DNA of 64,000 bases from Methanobacteriota archaeon (GTDB taxonomy: Archaea > Thermoplasmatota > Poseidoniia > Poseidoniales > Poseidoniaceae), in NCBI GenBank assembly GCA_014240385.1, contig JAAZXA010000064.1:28632-92631 (forward strand). Reading direction: 5' to 3'. Positions 56,461 to 64,000 of this stretch are shown in pieces. The position numbers and the translations under genes were made by a program. The notes under the pieces were generated by a model, which saw only the letters and a program-made list of their open reading frames with translations, was not told where the DNA came from and did no database searches. Numbering within the stretch: position 1 is the stretch's first letter; each line of letters opens with the position of its first letter.

Positions 56461-59160
56461 TTAAACGGCACTTATAGCAACGGCTTGGACCTTGTATTCC
56501 GGGCAACGGGTATAGCCATCGGATGAGGAACTGATTACGGTGTTGATTCCAAGTTCTGGGAAGTGGAATGTTGTGAATAGATTACCGATTCTAACTTCGT
56601 CATTGTGTTTTGCTAACATTTTAATCTTATTCCGAGGGCTTGAAATCCAGATTTCAGCATTGTCTTCAATGCCAAGTTTTTCAGCATCTTCTGGGTGTAT
56701 TTCTAGATAATCGGTACCTCTGAATTCAACAAGACCACTACGTCTTGTTTGGGTGGCGGCATTATAGTGGTATAAGTTTCGACCAGTAATTAAAATGAAA
56801 GGATAATCATCGCTTGCAGTTTCATTTGGTTCAGAAAACTCAGGAGCTACAAAATGACCTAATCCCCTCGAAAATTGGTCTTGGTGCATAACAGGGGTAC
56901 CGGGGTGTTCAGGAGTTGGCGCCGGCCATTGAATGGCTTCTATATCCTCTAACCTATCATAGGAGATTCCTACGAAGTTCGGTGTCAATGCCGCTAATTC
57001 ATCCCATACATCCGAGGAATCCTCACTAAATGCAATAGGGTGGCCCATCGCTTCTGCTAATTCCTTGACGATTATCCAATCCTGCTTTGCTTGGCCAGGT
57101 GCATCTATTGCCTTTCGGATTCGTTGTATTCTTCTCTCACCGTTTGTGTAGGTTCCATCCGATTCTAAGAATGAGGCAGCTGGTAGTACGATATGGGCAA
57201 GCTTTGCAGATTCACAGAAGAAGATATCTTGAACGATGAGTAATTCCAAATTGGATAATGCCTCGATAACTTGTAAATTATTTGGGTCTGTGTGGGCAAT
57301 ATCGGAACCAATCATGTATAGTGATTTCAGCCCACCTTCGCTTACACTTTCTAACATAGCAGGATAAGTCATCCCTAGTTTAGTTGGAACTTCTACATTC
57401 CATGCATTGGCAAATTTCTGTCTTACTTGAAGATCATCTGCTGATTGATAATTTGTATAGACATTGGGGAGAGCACCCATGTCACACGAACCCTGGACAT
57501 TATTTTGGCCCCTCAGTGGATTGATTCCGGTTCCTACCCGACCTACATTTCCAGTCAGGAGCGCAAGGCTTGAGAGTGCCATGACTCCCTCCGAACCATG
57601 ACTATGTTCTGTCATCCCCAATCCGTGAACCGACATTGCAGCATCGACGCTAGCATACAATTTTGCTGCAGATTCTAATGTTTCGATTGGGATGGTGGTT
57701 AGTTCTGAACACAGTTCAGGTGTCATCAATTTGATCATTTCCTTGAATGGCTCAAGGTTCTCGGTTCTCGTTGACATCCATTCATCACTGGCTTGCATAT
57801 TCTCTCGTAGGATGATATGAGCCAGCCCTTGGTAAAGTGCGACATTTGTTCCAGGCCTTAATTGGAGGTGAATATCAGCCATCTTTGCCAATTCTGTGCG
57901 TTTAGGGTCAGCAACAATCATTCCCATTCCGCGCTTTCGGGCGCGAATAATTCTCGAGCCAGTTACTGGGTGTCCATGCACTGGGTTGCAACCTGAAACT
58001 AGCAATAAGTCCGTTTGGTCAATATCTCCAAGGCTATTGGTTCCTGCTCCTGCTCCAAATACCGTCATCATTCCTTTGACAGTTGCAGAATGGCATACTC
58101 GGGCGCAATTGTCTACATTATTTGTTCCAACAACAGCTCGCATCAACTTTGCACCAAGATAGTTCAGCTCATTTGTCGAACGCGAAGAAGTAATTATTCC
58201 AAGCGAATCAGGGCCTTGAGTGCTGATAAGGTCTTTCCACTTTGAGGAAATTAGAGCATATACTTCATCCCAACTTGCTTCTCTAAACTCATCTTCTATT
58301 GAATCTCTAACTAATGGGGTGGTCAATCTATCTTTGTGATGAACATAAGCAGAAGCGAATCTTCCTTTGACGCATGAGTGGCCCTGATTAACAGGGGATT
58401 CTGCTACCGGAATCATCGAGACTAATTTTCCGCCTTTAACTCCGGCATCGAATTGACAGCCAACTCCACAAAATGCGCAGGTAGTCCGAACATAACTATC
58501 CGGCTTTCCATACTTTCTCTCGACTGTGTCTTCAAGGGCAGCCACTGGACATTCATTGACACAAGCACCGCATGATACACAGTCTGAATCCATGAATAAT
58601 TCATCAGCACCAGCGATAATTCGACTGAAGAAACCTCGGCCGTCAATCGATAATGCGTGAGTTGCCTGGATATCATCACACGCTCTGATACAGCGAGAAC
58701 AGACAATACACTTGCTTGGATCAAATGAAAAGAATGGATTCGATTCATCGATTGGCATGCCTTCACAAGAGGGTGTGTTATCATAACGAATTTCTCTCAA
58801 TCCAACCTCTGATGCTACATCTTGCAATTCACAATCCCCGTTAGCAGTACAAGTCAGGCAGTCGAGTGGGTGTTCACTAACATAAAGTTCAGTCAACCCT
58901 CTTCGCAGGTCCCACAGCCTATCAGTCGTAGTTGCGACTTGCATCCCAGAACTCGCAGGTGTAGTGCAAGAAGAAGGGGTGCCGCGCATACCATCAACTT
59001 CGACGATGCACATTCGACATGAACCGAATGCTGCTAGATGAGGGGAATCACAGAGACTTGGGATTTTGATATCATTGTCTCTAGCAACCTGCATGACTGT
59101 TTGACCTTCTTGCCCAACAACCATAGTTCCGTCAATTAGCATTGTGAATTCATCACTCAT
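56461..59160 (-). CDS. fdhA: NAD-dependent formate dehydrogenase alpha subunit (Mo/W-bis-PGD, FdsA/NuoG-like)
   Basis: N-terminal 2Fe-2S domain (SCRMCIVEV) and 4Fe-4S motifs (CIVCSRCIRAC, CVSCGACVNECP). Active site NNVDNCARVCHS, so Cys rather than Sec. Confidence 0.88.
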   Translation of the reverse strand: MSDEFTMLIDGTMVVGQEGQTVMQVARDNDIKIPSLCDSPHLAAFGSCRMCIVEVDGMRGTPSSCTTPASSGMQVATTTDRLWDLRRGLTELYVSEHPLDCLTCTANGDCELQDVASEVGLREIRYDNTPSCEGMPIDESNPFFSFDPSKCIVCSRCIRACDDIQATHALSIDGRGFFSRIIAGADELFMDSDCVSCGACVNECPVAALEDTVERKYGKPDSYVRTTCAFCGVGCQFDAGVKGGKLVSMIPVAESPVNQGHSCVKGRFASAYVHHKDRLTTPLVRDSIEDEFREASWDEVYALISSKWKDLISTQGPDSLGIITSSRSTNELNYLGAKLMRAVVGTNNVDNCARVCHSATVKGMMTVFGAGAGTNSLGDIDQTDLLLVSGCNPVHGHPVTGSRIIRARKRGMGMIVADPKRTELAKMADIHLQLRPGTNVALYQGLAHIILRENMQASDEWMSTRTENLEPFKEMIKLMTPELCSELTTIPIETLESAAKLYASVDAAMSVHGLGMTEHSHGSEGVMALSSLALLTGNVGRVGTGINPLRGQNNVQGSCDMGALPNVYTNYQSADDLQVRQKFANAWNVEVPTKLGMTYPAMLESVSEGGLKSLYMIGSDIAHTDPNNLQVIEALSNLELLIVQDIFFCESAKLAHIVLPAASFLESDGTYTNGERRIQRIRKAIDAPGQAKQDWIIVKELAEAMGHPIAFSEDSSDVWDELAALTPNFVGISYDRLEDIEAIQWPAPTPEHPGTPVMHQDQFSRGLGHFVAPEFSEPNETASDDYPFILITGRNLYHYNAATQTRRSGLVEFRGTDYLEIHPEDAEKLGIEDNAEIWISSPRNKIKMLAKHNDEVRIGNLFTTFHFPELGINTVISSSSDGYTRCPEYKVQAVAISAV

Positions 59161-61016
59161 TGGTGCTCACCTCCAAAGGCATTTGGAAAACGCTCCATCG
59201 TAGAACGAACTGGATTCATTGCCAAACCTCCTAGTGCACAAAGAGATGTCGAAGTCATCAAATCATCGAGAGAAGTTAATAATTCACGGTCTCCTTCTTT
59301 TTCCATATCTCCACCCAGGCGCTCGATTAATTCCAAAGCCCGTTGAGTGCCAATTCGGCAAGGGGTGCATTTCCCGCAACTCTCGTCGCGGAAGAAGCGC
59401 ATCCAGCCAATAACTTCCTTATGGGCGTCAAAACTAGCGTCATAACAGACAAATCCACCATGCCCAAGTAAGCCACCTGCATTTGATAAGCCCTCAAATG
59501 ATAATTCAATATCATACATCTCTTGCATCTTGAATACTGAGCCAAGAGGGCCTCCTGCCTGTACTGCAACTACATCCTTGCATCCGCACCATGAATCTAG
59601 AATTGTACCAATGCTTCCACCAAAAGGTATCTCGAAACATGCAGGACGTTCCAATGCTCCAGTTGCTTGAACAACTACTGTGCCTTTACTTGATTCGACA
59701 CCGATGCTTCCGTAATGTTCACCTCCAACTCTCATGATTGCTGCCGCTAAGGCAAATGTTAGGACGTTGTTGACGATAGTAGGTTTACCAAATAGTCCAG
59801 ATGTTGTCGGGAAAGGTGGGCGTGCCCTAACTTCTCCTCTTCTACCTTCAAGGCTCTCAAGCAGCGCAGTTTCCTCCCCACAAACATATGAGCCAGCCCC
59901 AATTGCTATCTCAATATCAAAATGCTCTCCAAGAATACCTTCTGTTCTTGCGCTTTGCAAGGCACTTTCCAGTATTACTTCAGCATGAGGATATTCACTT
60001 CTTAGGTAGACTTTTCCTTGGCTTGCCCCTATTGCTTGAGCGCAAATCGCCATCCCTTCGATTAATGCATGAGGATCTCCTTCCATTATCATTCGGTCAA
60101 TGAAGGTACCAGCATCACCTTCGTCGGCATTTGCCACTACGAATTTCAAATCTGTTTGCTCAGCAGCGGCTGCTGCCCACTTGAAATGGGTTGGGAATCC
60201 AGCACCTCCACGTCCTCTCAAGCCGGCAATCTTCAATTCTTCGATGACTCCTTTACTGCCGATTTCTTTGGCTTTTTCTAATCCTTGATAGGCTCCTAGT
60301 GCTTTCATTCCTTCTAAATCAAGTGGATTAGCCTGACCAAACCTTTGCATTGCAAATCGAGATTGGTTATTGAGTAAATCTTCAACTAGACCAAGTGATT
60401 TTGGATGGGTCTGTTGCTTAGTAATTGAATCGATAATTGTAGGAATATCTGCTGAAGTAATCGGGCCAAAAGCATGCCTTTTGCCCTCGATGTCAACTTC
60501 TATCGTAGGCTCAAGATGGAATAGTCCTCTGCTACCCGTTCGAATTAATGCTGAATCCTTTGGTATTTGTTGGATTAAGGTGGTGGCTATTTCTTCACAT
60601 CCAATCGCAATACTAGTGCTATCTTGACTAATGTAGAACTGAATACCACTTCCTTTCTGAGATACAAACTGCGGCACAGTTTCATCACGAAGGACAGCAG
60701 GTCCACAAGCACAAAGTCCAGCACAAATCAATTCTCCAACACGTTCACCAGAGTCTTCTAATTCTTTGATTAAGGCATCAGCGCCTCTGGCTCGGCACGA
60801 CTCTCCAGTACAAACTCGAACTGTATGGTCGCTTGGCTTTAATTCAGCATAATAGCCAATCGCCCCCCGCACCTTTGCAGCAGTAGTATCGCATAGTTCT
60901 GCAATCTCTCGTATTCGTTCTCCGCTTGGCATTCCACGGTTATGGATTTCTTTCTTCAGAACGTCCAACAATCGATGCCCTGGGCGGCTAGGGTCCCATT
61001 TTTCAATGACAGTCAT
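59157..61016 (-). CDS. fdsB: Formate dehydrogenase diaphorase subunit, a NuoE-like/NuoF-like fusion (FdsG-FdsB type)
   Basis: NuoE-like CTGESCRARG...CAGLCACGPA. NuoF-like GLRGRGGAGFPTHFKW and ESCGKCTPCR. Has a 4-nt overlap with fdhA. The likely start is MTVIEKW at 61016; the track start is 61124. Confidence 0.85.
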   Translation of the reverse strand: MTVIEKWDPSRPGHRLLDVLKKEIHNRGMPSGERIREIAELCDTTAAKVRGAIGYYAELKPSDHTVRVCTGESCRARGADALIKELEDSGERVGELICAGLCACGPAVLRDETVPQFVSQKGSGIQFYISQDSTSIAIGCEEIATTLIQQIPKDSALIRTGSRGLFHLEPTIEVDIEGKRHAFGPITSADIPTIIDSITKQQTHPKSLGLVEDLLNNQSRFAMQRFGQANPLDLEGMKALGAYQGLEKAKEIGSKGVIEELKIAGLRGRGGAGFPTHFKWAAAAAEQTDLKFVVANADEGDAGTFIDRMIMEGDPHALIEGMAICAQAIGASQGKVYLRSEYPHAEVILESALQSARTEGILGEHFDIEIAIGAGSYVCGEETALLESLEGRRGEVRARPPFPTTSGLFGKPTIVNNVLTFALAAAIMRVGGEHYGSIGVESSKGTVVVQATGALERPACFEIPFGGSIGTILDSWCGCKDVVAVQAGGPLGSVFKMQEMYDIELSFEGLSNAGGLLGHGGFVCYDASFDAHKEVIGWMRFFRDESCGKCTPCRIGTQRALELIERLGGDMEKEGDRELLTSLDDLMTSTSLCALGGLAMNPVRSTMERFPNAFGGEHQ

Positions 61017-61065
61017 AATCGCACCAAGTTCGACGAGGTGGTTCCATACTTTGACTGTTGTTCTT

Positions 61066-61851
61066 TCAGCCCTGTGCAATCGGTTGATTATATGAGACGC
61101 TACTCCCATCCCGAGTAAAACCATACAACGCGATTCCAGCCTCTCTTGCTAGGTCGATTGCCATACTACTGGCAGCCCCTACTGCAATGATTACAGAGAT
61201 TCCAGCGGCTGCTGCTTTTAGTACCAATTCTGAGCCAATCCGACCTGATAAACAAAGAATACAATTATGCATTTCAATACTGCTAATTTTTGCTTGTCCG
61301 ATAACCTTGTCCACGGCATTATGCCTGCCAATATCTTCCATCATCAGTAGCATCTCTCCCTCAGTTGTGAATAGAGCAGAGGCATGGATTCCACCAGTGG
61401 AAGTGAAGGCGGCTTGACTATCTTTCATTGTAGCTGGCAGGTTGACAATTATTTCATCGTCAATATTTAATTGACTTAATTCGCATTGATGGACCACATT
61501 CAATAAATCAGAAAAATCTTGACGGCCACAGATCCCACATGCGCTACCATTGCTAATACGCCCTCTGGCGGCGATTTGATATGATTCATCAGGCACGAGA
61601 ATGGTGGCAGAAGATTCACCATATTCGATTTCGAATCCCCTATTATTTGTCATCACTCTCTCTGAATGAATCAACCCTCTGATTAGCGCCTCATCATTAC
61701 CAGGGGTTCTCAAGATACTAACCCACCTTTCCAATTTAGTGGGCGACTTAATATCGATGCTTAGCACTGATTCAACAGCGATGTAATCCTTTTCTAGAGA
61801 CCAGTTCCCATAATTGAGGCGATGTATTGCTCGCTCCTCAATGCTCGGCAT
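61066..61851 (-). CDS. fdhD: Formate dehydrogenase maturation sulfurtransferase FdhD
   Basis: GGIHASALF and EDIGRHNAVDKVIG. The ATG at 61851 lies 4 nt after the stop of the upstream gene; the track start is 61878. Confidence 0.85.
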   Translation of the reverse strand: MPSIEERAIHRLNYGNWSLEKDYIAVESVLSIDIKSPTKLERWVSILRTPGNDEALIRGLIHSERVMTNNRGFEIEYGESSATILVPDESYQIAARGRISNGSACGICGRQDFSDLLNVVHQCELSQLNIDDEIIVNLPATMKDSQAAFTSTGGIHASALFTTEGEMLLMMEDIGRHNAVDKVIGQAKISSIEMHNCILCLSGRIGSELVLKAAAAGISVIIAVGAASSMAIDLAREAGIALYGFTRDGSSVSYNQPIAQG

Positions 61852-61855
61852 ATAT

Positions 61856-62488
61856 TCACAGCCTCTCTCGTACCGCATCCATGCAGGCCCTTGACAGCAT
61901 CCTCGAGGATTCTAATATTGAGGCCGCTTCTTTTTTTAGGGCTCCACCCATTTCTTCAGGTAGGCTTGAAACATTGATTTCCACATTGAACAAAGCCCCT
62001 TTACAGGCAGCAGATGCGAGAAGTGATGCAACTCCAATATCTGATACTGTGTTTTGATTCCCTTTTTCCGCTAATTCTGGAAGATGCTGCAATAAAGAAT
62101 GTGCTAGTCTTGCGGTCTCCAATGGAACTTCTGCTGCACCTAAGGTTGCCTCGCGAATCGCTTGACGACGAATTTCTTTTTCTTCATCGCTATCTTTTGC
62201 TAATTTGAAAGTCATCATCACCGCATCAAATGAACGGCTATCATCAGTGGCCAAATCAAGGGCTCTGCTGAACATTCCAATGGCGCATGCTTGGGTTTTT
62301 TCGGCAATCCCCCATCCATCCTTCCATTTTTCCTTACCAATTGTCAAGTCTGCAACCATGCAAGACAGAGCAGCTGCTTGACCAAGTGATATGGCAGCAG
62401 CAGTACCACCTCCAGGTGTAGGTGATGAACTTGCAAGGGCAGTTTGGAATTCACGGAGACTCATTTCGGACCATTCATCATCAGACAT
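61856..62488 (-). CDS. Formimidoyltetrahydrofolate cyclodeaminase
   Basis: SSSPTPGGGTAAAISLGQAAALSCMVADLTIGK, the cyclodeaminase/cyclohydrolase family motif. The start directly abuts the stop of the upstream gene. Confidence 0.85.
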   Translation of the reverse strand: MSDDEWSEMSLREFQTALASSSPTPGGGTAAAISLGQAAALSCMVADLTIGKEKWKDGWGIAEKTQACAIGMFSRALDLATDDSRSFDAVMMTFKLAKDSDEEKEIRRQAIREATLGAAEVPLETARLAHSLLQHLPELAEKGNQNTVSDIGVASLLASAACKGALFNVEINVSSLPEEMGGALKKEAASILESSRMLSRACMDAVRERL

Positions 62489-63532
62489 TCAATCACTTCC
62501 TGTAAGTGCTCTTTCGATAATCCTTTGCTTGGCGATGAATGGTCCAAGGTCATCTAGGCCCATTCCCTTTACTGCCGCTGCGATCAGTTGGTCTTCACTA
62601 ATTGCATCGCTATCATACCATGCTCCAGCCTCTAAAAAAGCGCTTAGCGGTGCAAGACCAACCAATTCACTACCTGTAGTTTCAATTCCATAAGTATTTG
62701 CTAGCCACTTAATTGTTTCAAATGCTACATGTATTGGTGTAATACTAATGTCCTGTAAATTCATTGAAACTTGGGAAATTCCATGCTCTTCCAAAGGGAA
62801 GCCCATTCCCTGAATCTTCGGAAGCATGCCCGAAACTGGCATTTTTTGGCCGGCCTCGTTCTTTATTAGTGGGCCGGATTGCCTAACGGTTCTACCGATT
62901 GCCCCTGCTACTTTTGCTTCTTTTTCATTGAGGTTTACATTGTATGCTACTAATATCCCTCGTGCCCCAATTATTGTAGCACCGAATTTAGCAATCTTTT
63001 CTGACCAAGTGGTTGGTCCGTTATCAGGCAGACGAGTCTCTTCTTCATGGATTGATTCTCCACCTTCTGTCAAACGCGCTTCTAATTCCTCGTACTGCCC
63101 TTTCCTGAGCAGGCTATGGTTTCTTCTTGCATCGCTTGACGCAGCCGCTCCATAAAGATAGGAAGTAAGGCCTAATTCATTGGCAACCCTTTGAGAGAGG
63201 CTGCGTGCTAATTGCGCACATTCTTCCATACTGATTTCTGCCAAGGGGATGAATGGACAAACATCGACAGCGCCTAATCGGGCATGATTACCCTTGTGTA
63301 GTCGCATGTCAATATTTTCTGCCGCACTAGCGATTAATCTGAAGGCTGCTTCGCTAACTGCCTGTGGTGTTCCCGCAATTGTAATCACAGTACGGTTGTA
63401 ATCGCTATCAGGTTCACTAGATAGTACACGAGCGCCTTCAATGCCGCTTGCAGCATTGACGATCAATTCGATTTTAGCAAGGTCAGTGCCTTCGCTGATA
63501 TTTGGTACGCATTCAACCAGAGGGTCTGCCAT
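62489..63532 (-). CDS. Glutamate formimidoyltransferase
   Basis: MADPLVECVPNISEG...; RLGAVDVCPFIP. The probable start is at 63532; the track start is 63562. Confidence 0.88.
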   Translation of the reverse strand: MADPLVECVPNISEGTDLAKIELIVNAASGIEGARVLSSEPDSDYNRTVITIAGTPQAVSEAAFRLIASAAENIDMRLHKGNHARLGAVDVCPFIPLAEISMEECAQLARSLSQRVANELGLTSYLYGAAASSDARRNHSLLRKGQYEELEARLTEGGESIHEEETRLPDNGPTTWSEKIAKFGATIIGARGILVAYNVNLNEKEAKVAGAIGRTVRQSGPLIKNEAGQKMPVSGMLPKIQGMGFPLEEHGISQVSMNLQDISITPIHVAFETIKWLANTYGIETTGSELVGLAPLSAFLEAGAWYDSDAISEDQLIAAAVKGMGLDDLGPFIAKQRIIERALTGSD

Positions 63533-63574
63533 AAACCGATGGCGGCTTGAGTGAGCCATCAATGTTACCGAGGT

Positions 63575-64000
63575 TTATTCTTCCTCGGTCAAAGCAGCTA
63601 CAATTTCATCAGGAAGGTCGAAGAAATCCATTTGCATCCGCACCAATTCTCCACTTGAATTGGCTGAAGCATAGGCCTCTAGTGGTAATTTATTGAGTTT
63701 GAAGAACTCCTCTCCCCAACTAAATGCATTGAGTAACCCTCTAGCCTCTTGCTCCCTCCCTAATATCCATAGTGATGCAGCTAATGCCTCGGCAGTGGTC
63801 ATTTTGCTAGGTTTCCCCCAGTTCACAGGGTTGGCGGCTAATAGCATTGGAAGCATTCTTCGTTGCAGTTTTGTTCTTTTTCCGACCTTCCTAACGCTAT
63901 CTTCAATCTGCGCCCAACTACAATCAAGTCCAACCAATTTCCCCCCTTTATCCATTAATTCACGGTCCTCTGGCCCCAATACTTTGCCGCAAAGAGGGTC
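63575..64000 (-). CDS. tsr3: 16S rRNA aminocarboxypropyltransferase Tsr3-like; the 5' end lies beyond the right edge
   Basis: VGLDCSWAQ..., RRMLPMLLAANPVNWGKPSKMTTAEALAASLWILG. The reading frame stays open to position 64000. Confidence 0.7.
   Translation of the reverse strand, partial: DPLCGKVLGPEDRELMDKGGKLVGLDCSWAQIEDSVRKVGKRTKLQRRMLPMLLAANPVNWGKPSKMTTAEALAASLWILGREQEARGLLNAFSWGEEFFKLNKLPLEAYASANSSGELVRMQMDFFDLPDEIVAALTEEE

Noticed and set aside
56461-59160. A possible selenocysteine (in-frame TGA) in the formate dehydrogenase catalytic subunit
   Set aside because: The ORF is uninterrupted and the active-site motif reads ARVCHS, so this is a Cys-type enzyme.

Overview
This window is a gene-dense chromosomal segment from an archaeon. 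The archaeal call rests on an eS19-PDCD5-eL39-eL31-eS17 ribosomal protein cluster, Kae1, a Dpo4-type polymerase, archaeosine-precursor (preQ0) genes, and a tRNA-Val with a TATA box at the archaeal distance. The many giant Ca-binding surface proteins, acidic proteins and peptide/amino-acid catabolism genes suggest a marine planktonic Thermoplasmatota-like (MGII/III-like) heterotroph. That lineage guess is inference only.

I support about 60 genes. Most are housekeeping or central metabolism: glyA, valS, aminotransferase, serA-like, IscA-YgfZ, folE-queE-queC-queD, methylmalonyl-CoA mutase and epimerase, an ABC exporter, and SlyD.

I added several features that are missing from the ORF track:
- an edge-truncated TSP3-repeat protein (1..352)
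- eL39 (31319..31474)
- a 57-aa ribbon-helix-helix gene in front of folE (35482..35655)
- a 57-aa two-helix membrane ORF (25418..25591)
- tRNA-Val(GAC) (49248..49323)
- two hairpin plus T-tract terminators

I found no CRISPR array, transposase, integrase or recognisable defence system. The most interesting items, none proven novel, are:
1. A tightly packed minus-strand histidine-utilisation supra-operon. An NAD-type formate dehydrogenase module (fdhD, nuoEF-like, fdhA) sits between formimidoyltransferase/cyclodeaminase and hutU-hutH.
2. A 4.2-kb tRNA-containing segment that splits hutI from hutUH. It encodes a membrane protein with two zinc ribbons, four canonical EF-hands and poly-acidic repeats, a translationally coupled zinc-ribbon partner, and a divergent DUF835 protein.
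3. A 12-TM RND exporter interrupted by a single in-frame TAA.
4. A surface-protein operon: a bitopic glycoprotein, a 1255-aa Ig-like protein with a cytoplasmic zinc ribbon, a micro-ORF, and a PqqD-like protein.

All family calls come from motif recognition by eye. No database search was run.
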